Shown: positions 41,432-54,954 of the stretch, piece after piece | Position numbering within the stretch: the stretch's first letter is position 1 | Layout: the number at the start of each line of letters is the position of its first letter | Notes under the pieces: generated by a model | What the model was told of the DNA's origin: nothing | The model's input: only the letters and a program-made list of their open reading frames with translations | Databases searched by the model: none | DNA from: Octopus vulgaris | Lineage: Eukaryota | Reading direction: 5' to 3' | Length of the DNA: 64,000 nt | NCBI GenBank assembly: GCA_951406725.2 | Contig: OX597825.1 | Span: 73,780,001-73,844,000, forward strand | Translations under genes and position numbers: made by a program

Positions 41432-42674
41432 TTCTCTGTCTCTCTCTCTCTCACGCACACGCACATTTGCTCGCGCCCATATCCGTACAGACGCGCGCTC
41501 ACACAAATATGAATGTTTGTTTACATATGAGCGTTTGTATACACGCGTGTATGTGTGTGTATGTATTCGACTGTGTGTGTGTGTGTGTGTGTGTGTATCT
41601 CTGTGTGTGTGTATTTGAGCGTGTGTATTTGTCAATGTCTATGTACGGCTGTGTGTGCGTGTGTGTGCGTGTGTGTGTCTGCGTACGTAATTCTGTGTGC
41701 TCGAACGCGCGCGCGAGCGTCTCTGCGTATCATGCCAGTTACGATCGATATTTCTCTGTTGCAGTGTCTGCAAGAAGTTCTGGAATTATGGAACTTTGGT
41801 AAACTTTTTGCTGCTGAGAAATGTAATCGCTAGTTGCGGGACGTTGCAAAGTTTGTTTTGTGGACGAATACAGTTTAGACCGAGCGGAGAAGGAAGGAAG
41901 GATGGGAGGGACCGCGAAAGCCGTGGTCACCAGTTCGCGTCACGCTAATGCTAAAATCTAAGGAATCTATTTCTTTATTGCCCAGAAAGGGGTAAACACA
42001 GAGAGAACAAGCAAGGACAGACATTGGTATCAAGTCGATTACATCGACCCCAGTGCGTAACTGGTACTTAATTTATCGACCCCGAAAGGATGAAAGGCAA
42101 AGTCGACCTCGGCGGAATTTGAACCCAGAACGTCGCGCACCAACGCCATCACCATCATCAACATCAACATGTGGAGAAAACTGAAGTGGCCAGCATAGTA
42201 ATATGTATGTATGTCCGAGACGAGCGAATGTGCGTATGTTTGTGTGTGTGTTTTGGCGTAGCGTGCATGCGCTTATGTGTGCGCATGCGTGATTACGCAG
42301 GTGTTGATGTCTTTTTTTTTCTTTTTTCCTCTCCTTTTTTGTTTTTGTTTGTTTTTTTTTTGTTTTTGTTTGTTTTGTTTTACAAGAATGGTAAAAAGAT
42401 CGAAAGAGTAAGGAATAAATTATTCTAAAATATATCAGTGAAAACGAACGGATCGAACGAAAAAGGAAACGAACGAATAATCTAGAGAAACGCCCAGTAA
42501 ATATCGCAAAATATTACAAAAAAACCCCCAGAAAAACAAAATAGAAAACACATGTCTCTGTTATATAGATGTGTGTGTGTACGCGTGAGTGTATATATAT
42601 ATAATATAATATAATATAATATAATATAATATAAAATAATATAATATAATATAATATAATATAATATAAAATAG

Positions 42675-42735
<61 letters not shown>

Positions 42736-42832
42736 GAGTAAACACATAAATGTGAAACAAGGTGGAAAAAAAGAGTACTCAAATAGCAGTGGTAGAGTAA
42801 TATGCTTTATTTAAAGCAGCAGAAAATTCAAC

Positions 42833-42880
42833 AAAATCTGTTACTCTGAGTTTCTCGTTGCCGTTCATCAGACAGTTTTT
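42833..42880 (-). ncRNA. Type I hammerhead ribozyme within an inverted repeat
   Basis: Minus strand AAAAACUGU-CUGAUGA-ACG(GCAA)CGA-GAAA-CUCAGAG-UA-ACAGAUUUU: intact core, GNRA-capped stem II with an A.A mismatch at its base, palindromic ACUC-A-GAGU stem III, GUA site. Confidence 0.7.
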
Positions 42881-42935
42881 GCTAGAAAAACTCAGAGTAA
42901 CAGATTTTGTTGAATTTTCTACTGCTTTAAATAAA

Positions 42936-42971
<36 letters not shown>

Positions 42972-43202
42972 CTACATGTATAACATATATATATGTGAAT
43001 GGGGGGGGGGGGAGAGAAAGAGATAGATTGAATTTTTTGGGTGTATATAATATTTAATAATATAAAAAAAAAGCTGATGTGACACGTTTTCCATTTATTT
43101 TCGTTTATAATTTGTGTATTGTTGTTTGTAATGAGACGTGTAGTTCAATTGTGGGTAACCGCAATTTTTTCTCCTACTATTGTTACTGCTAATACTACTA
43201 CT

Positions 43203-43245
<43 letters not shown>

Positions 43246-43259
43246 TACACACTCATACA

Positions 43260-43930
43260 GACAACACATGTTTATATACACGAGTGAAATAGACAGCCAA
43301 AATTGCACTCAATACATTGGGTGAAAGTTTACAAACATACATACATGTACTTTTCTACACACACACACACACACATACACACACACATACACGGACACAC
43401 ATGTATATATATATACACAAGTGAATGGACAGCCGAAAGTGCACTCAATACATTGGGTAAAAGTTTACAAACATACATACATGTACATTTCTACACACAC
43501 ACATAGACATAGTGACGTACAAACACACACACACACGGACACACATGTATATATATACACGAGTGAATGGACAGCCGAAAGTGCACTCAATACATTGGGT
43601 AAAAGTTTACAAACATACATACACGTACATTTCTACACACACAGACACATACACACACACACACAAACTCACACATACACGGACACACATGTATATATAT
43701 ATATATACACGAGTGAATAGACAGCCGAAAGTGCACTCAATACATTGGGTGAAAGTTTGCAAACATACATACATGTACATTTCTACACACACACACAGAC
43801 ACACACACACACACACACACATACAGACATGTATATATACACGAATGAATGGACAGCCGAAAGTGCACTCAATACATGGGATGAAAGTTTAAAAAACATG
43901 CATACATGTACATTTCTACCCATACACACA
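43260..43930. repeat. ~140-bp tandem repeat, 5 copies, with variable CA/TA spacers
   Basis: gagtgaatggacagccgaaagtgcactcaatacattgggt... recurs at ~43281, 43420, 43560, 43710 and 43842. Confidence 0.9.
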
Positions 43931-44351
43931 AACACACACACACACACACAGGTATATGCACACACACCTGAACACGGGAGGGACGAAGCACTGGAAAGAA
44001 GGACAGGAGAACTTAAACATTGCGAAACAGGTACGTAAATAAATTTACAGATCGATAGATGCGATAGTTAGACAGATGGACAGGTAGATACGCAGATAGG
44101 TAGATAGGTACCCAGGTAAATACGAGGGGTATTCGCAGAAATTTAAAAGGAAAAGGAGAAACGGAAATATAGTTTAAATATAGTTTAAGTAAATATCAGC
44201 AGTGATATTATATTATATTTGTTCAAAGACAGCCGGATAGAAAGATAGACATACAAAATACACTCTTATTGATAATTATTATCCACAAACTTACAAACAC
44301 AGATATATATCTATCTATATGTGTATGTGTGTGTGTGTATACATACATATG

Positions 44352-44416
<65 letters not shown>

Positions 44417-44420
44417 TGAT

Positions 44421-44485
<65 letters not shown>

Positions 44486-44596
44486 CAGATAGATAAATAC
44501 ATACATACATACATACACACATACATACATGCATGCATACATACATACATACATATATACAACATACATACATACATACATACATACATACATACA

Positions 44597-44630
<34 letters not shown>

Positions 44631-44992
44631 GTGAAAAATAAAGAGATAATTAGATTAAATATATGAACAGGGCAGAGCAGAGATAAGTTAAATCGTACAT
44701 GGACGGGTGGATTATCGAAACAAATAAATACATATGCAGGGTAGATGGATCCTGGATTAACAAAACAATGCAACTGTTAATTTTCAATATAATTTAAATA
44801 AATAGTTAAATGTTTTTTTTTTTCTTTTTTGTTAATTTTTTTTTTTTTTGTTTTTTCATAATTGTATTACAAAGTTTTGGATTTCGACACAGAAACAACT
44901 GTTATGTAACTTGAGGTTCGTGCAGCATGTGTGTATATGATTGTATGTTTGTGCATGTATGTATGTGTATGTATGTGTGTGTTTGTGTGTAT

Positions 44993-45035
<43 letters not shown>

Positions 45036-45174
45036 GTGTAGCGTGTGTGAGAACGAGAGCGAAAGAGAGAGAGAGACATAGTGTTGTGTATTTGTGTTTG
45101 TATGCGTGTGTGTCTGTGCATGTGGCACACATGATATATAAACGTATGTATGTTTATTATTATTATTATCATTA

Positions 45175-45205
<31 letters not shown>

Positions 45206-45209
45206 TATT

Positions 45210-45257
<48 letters not shown>

Positions 45258-45266
45258 GTTATTATT

Positions 45267-45314
<48 letters not shown>

Positions 45315-45397
45315 GTTATTATTATTATTATTATTATTATTTAAAAAAAAAAAAAAGCCAAGGAAGAGAAGAAGAAATGTTTTGCGGTGTCACTTAC

Positions 45398-47880
45398 CTT
45401 GCCATATACGTCTGCCATGGTCAGTTCGGTTTCCAGCACCATAACGGCGATGCCAAACATACCGAAAACAAGACAATAGTCGGAGATACGTTTCCTGCGT
45501 TCGTATAGCGCTTTCCTCTTACCCAACCTGTAACCAACGTTGGGCTTTTGTCGTTCTTTTGCAGGCTTGTCGTCCACAAAGCGAGGATAGTCGCTGCTAT
45601 TTCCACCGCCAACCAGAGCCACGCCGACATCTTCCGAGGTATAACTCATCTTAGACGATGTGGGCAGTGACTGCATAGAGTTGGGCTTCTGGAGTTGCTT
45701 AAACGAGCCAATTGCCCCATTGACTCGCATATAATCGGCTCCAATATCGGATAAAAAATCCTTAGCTTTCTGCTTGCACTCTTCTCGTTCTCGTTGTTGT
45801 AGTTGTTGTTGTTGTTGTTGTAACTGTAGTTGCTGTTGTTGTTGTTGTTGTAATAGTTGTTGTGCTGTTGTCGATGATGGATGTGTTTGTTGCAAATGTT
45901 GTAACTGTTGTGTTTGTTGTGGTTGTTGCTGTGTTTGCTGTGTTTGTTGTTGCTGTTGTTGTGACGGACGCTGCTGTGTTTGTTGTTGTTGTTGTTGTTG
46001 TTGTGTCTGCTGTTGTGTATGTTGTTGTTGTTGTGTTTGTTGATGGTGGTGGAGGTGTGTTTGTTGTTGTTGTTGTTGTTGGTGTTGTTGGTGGTGAAGT
46101 TGTGGTGGCGGTGGCGGCGGTGGTGGAGGCGGCGGTGGCGGCGGCGGCGGACCTACACCTCCTCCTCCTTCTCCTCCCTTTCCTACTCCTCCTCCTCCTC
46201 CTCCTCCTCCACCACTTCCTATTCCTTCTCCTCCTCCACTTATTCCTCCTCCTCCTCCTCCTCCTCCACTTATTCCTCCCGTTCCGCCGTTGTTCGTACT
46301 TCCTACACCTCCCACCGAACCGACGCTGCCACCACCACCACCACCACCAGTAATACTAGTACCACCACCACCACCAGCACCACTACCACCACCACCACCA
46401 CCACTAGCACCACCACCACTACCACCACCACCGTTAGTATGAACGTCGCCTCCACCGACGCTTCTGTCGCCACTTCCGCCGCCACCGCGGCTGCTGCCAA
46501 CACTATTCAGTACACCGCCACCATCGTCGTCATCACCCTCACTACCACCCACCACTCTTCTCCTTCCCCGCACTCTCACATCGCCGCTGCCGACATCATC
46601 GCTGTACACGCCGCCGCCGCCAACGCCGCTGCTGCCGCCACAGTTATCATCGAAGTTTCGGCTCCTCGCCCGTTTCCCCTCCTCCGCTTCGTTCTCCTCC
46701 TCCTCCTCCTCCTCCACCTCTCGAAGGACTCTCGCGTCGTCTTCGTCCGCCGCTACTTCGACGTCCACGTTGTCCTCTCTCTCCCCTTCGCCGTCCGCCT
46801 TCTCCTCCGCTTCCTCTTCGTCCTCCTCCTGCAGCGGACGCGGCGGCGGCGGCGGCGGCGGAGGAGGAGGCGGCGGAGGTGGTGGCGGAGTGGTCCTGTC
46901 TGTCTGGAGTCTGGCGTGGTGCATTGAGGGAGGGAGGGGCGGACGGTGGCGACCCACCGTGGGCTTCAGTAAACTGTTGCTGCTGCTGCTGCTGCTGCTG
47001 ATGCTGCCACTGCCGCTGTTGCTGGCGGCGGTGGCCCCGGCACCACCGAAAGAAGGGATCCGAGACGTTGTGACAGAGGGAGGGGGAGGGGGCAGAGGGG
47101 CCGAAGAAGCCAGCGGGGTCGGCGACGACGCCGGGGACGCCGCCGCCGCTGCGGTGGAGACGGGGGAGCGGCCGCGGGCGTAGCAGGGAGCGGAGGTTGA
47201 TGGTAAGGGAGAAAGCGAGGAGGAGAGCGACGAGGAGAAAGGACGGGACGAAAGGAGAGGAGGGGTGGGAGACGCAGTAGCGTTCGAAGTGGTGGAAGGG
47301 AAGGAGGAGGTGAAGAGGGAGGCGCGGCGCGCGGTGAAGTCGGGGAAGGTCGTCTTTTTAGAAGACAACGAGTAGGAGGATGAGTACAAGGGCGAGTGGA
47401 GGTAGGAGGGAGAAGATGAGGTAGAAGACACAGCGAGAGAGGAAGAAAGCAATGGGAAAGAAGAGAAGGGGGAGCAGAAAGAGTAAGGAGTGGTGGTGGT
47501 AGGAACAGATCTGAAGGCTGAGATGGGGGTAGCAGTGGGAATAGAAGAGACAGAGGTGGGTGCAGCCGCTGCTGAAGCTATACGCAGTAATGATGACGAT
47601 GGTGATGATGAGGATGATGATGATGCCGATGTTGGTGTTAATGATGCCGACGACGCTAATGTTGTTGTTGTTGTTTTTGTTTTTGGTGTTGCTGATGAGA
47701 GTAATGATGATGATGACGATAATGATGATGGCGATGATGATGATGGTAGTAAAGCGACCGAACGTGCAGTGAAGGGTGCGTTAGAGGCAGTGAGTTGCGG
47801 GTTAACGATGCTGCCTGTGCTGGTGGCGGTGGCGGTGCTGGTGATGGGGATGACGGAGGGGATAAGGCTGCTGCTGCCGC

Positions 47881-47919
<39 letters not shown>

Positions 47920-49311
47920 CGCTGCTGCTGCTAGTGATGGCGGTGCTGCTACTGGTATAAGACGGGTGAGCCGTGTAGTGCTGTTGAAGTTTATTAGTCG
48001 CCGGGTTAAGAGAAGCTGTGCGCTTGTTGAGTACACCAGTCGCCGGCGCCGGCGCCGTGTTCAGTGACAGGCAGAGGGCGGCAGCGCCGGTGGCGTTATT
48101 AGCACTACAGCTGTTCAGTTGGGGGAGATACTTGTTGGCAACACTACTACTAGTTATAGTAGTAGTAGTGGTAATAATAGTAGTTGTTGTTGTTTTGCTG
48201 GCCGAGGTGACTGCGGCGCTGGTTGTGTTGTAGTTTGGCGACTGACAAGTGCGTGGATAACTACATAAAGTGCTCGAAGCAAAACTTAGGCTGGACAAGT
48301 TGCTTTGTTTACCGGAAGACGGTTGCTGCACCAGTGAGGGTATGATACCACCCGGATCAGCTTTACCACCCGGTTTGCTAGCGGCCCCGAAACATAGTTT
48401 TGGATCACATGAACTGGTCGTGAATGAGGTGCTGGTGTCTTTACCACCGTTGTTGTTGTTGTTGCTGTAGCTGATGGTTTTGTTAATGCTGTTGTTGTTG
48501 TTGGTGGTGGTGTTATTGCCGGTGAGTTTAGCGCCGAGGCCGAAAGCGGTAGAGGTTTGCTTTTGGTCATGTTTAGGGTTCGCCAAACGGCTCGTGAAAG
48601 GTGTCGTGTATGTCTTGGCGCTTGATGTTGTTACCGTGGTAACGGAAGGGGTTAACGGACTGAGGCAGGTGCGCTTAGTGAGGGGCAGGGCTGTATAAGG
48701 GCTTGAGAAGTGGTGCTGGAATGAAAACTGCTGGTGCGCGGAAGAGGGTTTCGGTTGCTGTATTTGTGGTTGTTGCTTTTGTTGTAGTAGTTGTTGTTGT
48801 TGTTGTTGTTGTGTAGGTTGTGACAGTTGAGTCGCTTGAGTGAACTGTGTGGGGAAATGTCGCGAAAATTGAAAAGGCGCCGGGGGGTTGAAGCGTAAGG
48901 GCGTCGGCGCGGGGCTTCTGATGCGGCTGATGAGGGGCGGCGGCGGAGGAGGGACAGGTTTCAGGGGACCACCGGTGGCAGCGGTAACGGCAGTGGCAGC
49001 GGTGGCGGCGGGGGCGGAGGCCGAGGTGGTGCCACGTAACAGCGGCGAAGTCAGTGAAGTGGTGGCGGCGAGCCGCGACCGGCTCGAAGGTGTGGCGGCC
49101 GCAGTGGACACCGGAGCTGATGTCGTCGTACCGTATGTCGCTCCGACGGAGCCGACGCTAGGTGTGACATTGCTCACGACACCACTGCTAGTGTTAGTAC
49201 TACTGCTAACACCAACACCACCACCACCAACACTAACACCACTACTACTACTACTGCCGCTGCTAAATTGTGAGTGTTGGCGCTGCTGCTGCTGCTGCTG
49301 TTGTTTGTGTA

Positions 49312-49344
<33 letters not shown>

Positions 49345-49684
49345 GCTGTTGTTGTTGTTGTTGAGAATGATGTAAGAAGGGACTACTTGCTCGACTTCCT
49401 ATCGAATAACTTTGTAGTTCTATATCCGGTGAAGTATAAGCCTTGTTGATACGGCCGTCACCAGCCGATGGATCAATTGACAGCTGTTTACATCCTCCAC
49501 GTCGACTGCTGCTGCTGCTGCTGCTGCCGCTGCTGCTTCTCTCCATCTCATCTTTCCCGGTCTTCTTCTCCACACAGGCGGCAAACTCATGCTTCGAGAT
49601 GCCAGCGAGTTCGTTTGCCGGAGTCTCTCGGAGCAGCTGTTCTTTCGAATCGATTCTCGAATTCTCATTGGCTGGTTCTACCAT
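45398..49684 (-). CDS. SK: Small-conductance calcium-activated potassium channel (SK/KCNN family), first coding exon: very long low-complexity N-terminus plus pre-S1 helix and S1
   Basis: 1452-aa ORF (45341-49699) ends in [50 protein letters not shown], which matches the SK signature (vertebrate KCNN: [44 protein letters not shown].K). A phase-0 donor AAG|GTAAGTG (plus strand cacttac 45391-45397) lies where the similarity ends. First in-frame ATG is at 49684 ([10 protein letters not shown]); the start is inferred. Confidence 0.93.
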
Positions 49685-50049
49685 TACGACTGACACCACA
49701 GATTGTCACACGAGGGCGCGCGCGCATACACGCACACACATGCGTAAATACATGAGGACATAAAAACACGTTCGGAACGCACGGACACACGGACACACGC
49801 ACACGCACGCACTCACACGTACACACAATCACGCACGCGCACACACGCGCACACACCGCACACACTCACGCTCGGACGCTTACACGAGAAACTCCCGTTG
49901 TCACTGCTATACGAAAGAGTGCTTGTGTCTGTGTGTTTGCTTGTGCGTATGTGCGTGTATGTGCACGTAGGTATATGTACTTGTGCGTGTGTGTATATGT
50001 ATATATAATCAACTAGTTATCTATCTATCTATCTATCTATGTCTGTGTA

Positions 50050-50096
<47 letters not shown>

Positions 50097-51710
50097 ATAT
50101 CTATCTATCTATCTATCTGTCTGTCTGTCTGTCTGTCTATCTGTCTATCTATCAATTTATCTATCTATCTTTATCTATACAAATACATACATATACATAT
50201 AAATATATATATATATGCTTGTATTTGTATGATGTTTATATATGCACACGTGTATGTATATGCCTATGTGAATGTATGTTTGTACTAATGTATGCTTGTA
50301 TTTATGTATGTATGCATGAATATATGTATATACATTAATGTATGTATGTACGAGTGGAAAATGTTATGTATGTACGTATGGTATCTGTATGTATATTTGC
50401 ATCTATTACGCACGAATATGTGTGTGTGTGTAAGCGTGAAAACGTGTTTAGTTGAACAGTATAATTTAAGCAGTAGAACAAAAGTATTGGTCTCCGTTAA
50501 AATGTGCTGGTCAACTTGTTGATATGTTCATATATTGCACTGATGAGTCTGTAGTAAATCCGACAAATCCGACAGAGAGCGTGGTTGTTGAACACAGGTA
50601 CTGGGTAAGTAAATAAATATGGTAGCGAGGACCAATGTGAAATTTTTTTTTTTTTCAAGAAATATATATTTTAAAGCGATAAATTCCAACCGAAGTAGTT
50701 AAACGTATAAATATCCCAACACGTCCAGAACATAATCCACTGGTTAAAACTAGTAAAAGTGTAAAATAAAGAATGTATGAATATATATAAACATATATAT
50801 ATATATTTTATATATATATATATGTAGATATATATATAAACGTCAAACAATGATGGCGTTAAACGAATAAAATATACTTAAGGAAATAAATAAATGAAGA
50901 TTGAAATGAAATGCCAACAAAAGTTGAACAAAAAGTTAATTAACGAAGTTAAAGTATGAAGAAATGTTTCAAAGACTTTGAATTCAAATTAAAGAAAAAT
51001 AATTAAAAAGAATTGTGGAACAAAAATAAACAGAAAATAAAGAACGTTTGACGTCGTCGTTTTTATGTGCTTTTTAAGAGATCATGTCGTAACTGTTGCC
51101 TTACTGATCATCAAATATTAAGAAATGGTGGTAATTATCGTCTGCTGTTAGTAAATGACAGACGACAGCCTTTCTTCCTGTAATAACTCAGGAACTATTG
51201 CTTGTATTTGTGTAACAGATGGTAACCTCTGTTGAGGCAGCCTTTCGTTTTTGTATTTATCCATTTCTCTCCTTGTTTCAAACTTCCCCACCTTTTAAAT
51301 TTTTTACGACAAAGCCATGATATTCTTTTATCTCCCTTTTTTTCGTCTCCCTCTCTTTTTTGTGTGCGTCTCTGACGACTCTCTCTCTCTCTCCCTCTGT
51401 CTTTCTCAGTGTCTTTCTGTCTGTGTATCTGATGATACTCTTTCTCTTTGTCAGTTTCACTATTATCTCTCTCTCTTTCTCTCTCCGTGTCTCTTTCCGT
51501 ATATGATAATTCCTTGTTTGTCTGTATGCCTGTCTGTTTGCTCGACACTTAGTCTCTCTCTGTATCTCTCTGTGTGTATATATATCTCTCTCACTCCCTC
51601 TCTCTCTCTCTCTCTATTTGTCTGTCTGATCACTCTCTCTATATCTGCCTTTTCTTATCATAGATCAGTCACATAGATAGATATATAGTTTAATAGACAG
51701 GTAGGTAGAT

Positions 51711-51757
<47 letters not shown>

Positions 51758-52072
51758 GGAGGGAGTTAAGGAGACAGGCAGATAGTTGTTAATAACCGAT
51801 TAAAAGGATAAAGTAGGGAGGTAAATAATTATCCAGGTTTCTTTCTTAGCTGTTGTTGGCTCATCAGATTCATCTCCTTGGATTAGGTTCCATTGTCTAC
51901 AAAAACAAAAGCAAAAACAACAACCCATAAATACACACATCGATAGAAATGAAGACAAAAAATTATCAACAAATAATAGCAGTTACTTTTAACCCAAATT
52001 AAAATACTCTTTCAATGTAATTACATTTCAGGCAAAAGAAGGAAGGAAAGTTATGCTAATTATAGTCTTTAA

Positions 52073-53600
52073 GGTGGCTAGCTGGCGGAATCGTTAAGCA
52101 CGTCGAGCTAAATAGCGGTATTTCGTCTGCCGTTACGTTCTGAGTTCAAATTCCGCCGAGGTCGACTTTGCCTTTCATCGTTTCGAGGTCGATTAAATAA
52201 GTACCAGCTACGTACTGGGGTCGATATAATCGACTTAATCCGTTTGTCTGTTCTTGTTTGTCCTCTCTGTATTTAGCCCCTTGTGGGTAGTAAAGAAACA
52301 GGTATTTCGCTTGCCACTACGTTCTGAGTTCAAATTCCGCCGAGGTCGACTTTGCCTTTCATCCTTTCGGGGTCGATAAATTAAGTACCAGTTACGCACT
52401 GGGGTCGATGTAATCGACTTAATCCCTTTGTCTGTCCTTGTTTGTCCCCTCTATGTTTAGCCCCTTGTGGGCAATAAAGAAATGAGAAGCGTTAGCACGC
52501 CGAGCGAAATAGCGGTATTTCGTCTGCCGCTACGTTCTGAGTCCAAACGAGGTCGACTTTGCCATTTATCCTTTCGGAGTCAATAAATTAAGTACTAGTT
52601 GAGTACTGGGGTCGATGTAATCGACTAATTCTTTCTCCCAAAATCTCAGGCCTTGTGCCTGTAGTAGAAAAGATTATTATTATTATTATTATTAAATTTC
52701 AAATTTTGGCACAAGGCCAGCAAGTTCGGGGAGAGTGTAAGTCGATTACCTCGACTGCAGTGCTCAACTGGTACTTCTTTTATCGACCCCAAAAGAGATG
52801 AAAATCAAAGTCAGCCTCGGCGGAATTTGAACTCAGAACGTAAAGACAGACGAAATGCCGCTGAGTATTTTTTGTTCGATGCGCTAATGATTCTGCTAGC
52901 TTGCCAGTACTAATGATAATTCTTTCTGCTAAAGGCACAAGTTCTGAAATTTTGAAGAGGGGAATAGTCGATTACATCGACCCCAGGGCTTCATTGACAC
53001 TTGTTTCATCGACCCCCAAAAGTATAAAAGGTAAAGTCGACTTCAGGGAAAATTTAACGGACGAAATATTGCTAAGCACGGAATCAATGTGGGGAAGATT
53101 CTGCAAGCTGGTTGCGTTAAAAATGATCTCTTCTAGCTTAAGTATAATGCCTAGAATTTGGGGAAAGGGGGCTTGTCGACTACATCAGCCCAAGAGCTCA
53201 GCTGGTACTTATTTTAGCGGTACTTATTTTAGCGTTACCGAGAGATTGAGAGGCAAAGTCAATTTCAGCCACATTTTAAATCAGGAAAGAAAGAGCCGGA
53301 AGAAACGCCGCTTAAAATTTTGTTCTACGCAGTAACAATTCTGCCGGCTTGCCGTCATTTAGATAATGACTTTTCATTTAAGCGCAAGACCAGCAGTTTT
53401 GAGGGTAGGGATTAGTCGATGTCATCAACCTCAGTTTATGACTGGTACTTCATTTTATCAGCCCCCACTGGGATGAAACGCAAAGTTAACCACGTCCGGA
53501 ATTGAACTCGGAACGTCACGAAGAGAAAATACCTATTTCTTTATTACCCACTAGGGGCTAAACACAGAGGGGACAAACAAGGACAGGCATAGGTATTAAG
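52073..53600. mobile_element. SINE family B cluster: plus-strand multimer 52073-52670 followed by older minus-strand copies
   Basis: Repeated family B blocks in both orientations. Confidence 0.8.
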
Positions 53601-54232
53601 TCTACGCTACATCTATTTTTTTCATCGGTGCAGGTACTGATCGATTTTATTGACAAATCACCCCCTCAAGATTCGGGTCTTGATGCTAAATTAGGAACTG
53701 GTGGATTTGCAGAATTGTTACTGCGCTGGCCGAAATGCTTAGGTTCTGTGACGTTTTAAACTCAAATTCCACCGAGGTCAACTTTGACTTTCCATCTTTT
53801 CGGGGTGGTTAATTAAGTACCAGTAATGGATTTACTCCTACCTTAAAATTGTTGGTATTCTGCCCAAATTTGAAACCATAATCATTATTATTATTGAGTG
53901 AAAGAGAGCCGTGCATGCCATCAAAGTAACACTAGGGTAAAATATATGAAGCCCAGTATACCCATCATGACTACCTGTCTGATAAGGGTACACCAGGCAC
54001 ATGCATCACAACCATATGTGCACGACATGGTGATCTCATATCAAGATAAACAGCGCATGACCTTGCAGGTGGGGCCCAGTTAGAATTTTCTGCAGATCGA
54101 GTTGCCCATCCCGATCAAAAGGTCCCTGAATAAGGGTTGTTTAAGGATGTTGAACGAACCACCCATGTTTCTAGGGGTGAATTATTCAAACCCTAAAGAA
54201 TCCCTCTCAACACATGGCTATGATGCTACCCC

Positions 54233-54303
<71 letters not shown>

Positions 54304-54504
54304 CATAAGTACAGACAACATGAGTACAAACATGTACTCAGATAGATGATTATGCACATGTAAGAATGCAAATCGTAATAATTATATACATACATTAATT
54401 TATACTCATAGAGATAAATATATATACATACATTCAAAAACATACACCCAGACGTAGGTATTTACATATACTCATAATTCATAACATATAAACGATAAAC
54501 GTCG

Positions 54505-54808
54505 CCCTTCTCAATTCTAACCAGGCTAATGGGCTCAGTTTCCCGGTTTCTGTGGCGAAGGTGTTCCCTCCAGCTGGATGGGACGCCAGTCCATCACAGC
54601 GTTACTCAAGAAACAGGAAGAGAGAGTGAGAGAAAGTTGTGGCGAAAGTGTACAACATGGGTCACCACCCCCCACCCCTGCCGGAGCCTCGTGGAGCTTT
54701 TAGGTGCTTTCGCTCAATAAACACACACAACGCCCGGTCTGGGAATCGAAACCGCGATCCTCCGACCGCGAGTCCGCTGCCCTGACCACTGGGCCATTGC
54801 GCCTCCTC
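54505..54808 (-). mobile_element. SINE family C (same tail type as 35498)
   Basis: Reverse complement of the 35498 copy. Confidence 0.8.
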
Positions 54809-54923
54809 ATAACATATACATGTAAACATCTTTTCATACATAAATGAATACACACATACATACATACATACATACATACATACATACATACATACATACA
54901 TACATACATACATACATGCATGC

Positions 54924-54954
<31 letters not shown>

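Noticed and set aside
45341-45397. C-terminal [18 protein letters not shown] of the 1452-aa ORF
   Set aside because: Read-through into the intron after the GTAAGT donor.
45774-49763. Multiple plus-strand ORFs
   Set aside because: Antisense shadows of the trinucleotide-rich SK exon.
50534-50580. CTGATGA-GTC...GAC-AAA hammerhead-like start
   Set aside because: G12 missing and no stem III, UH or stem I partner.
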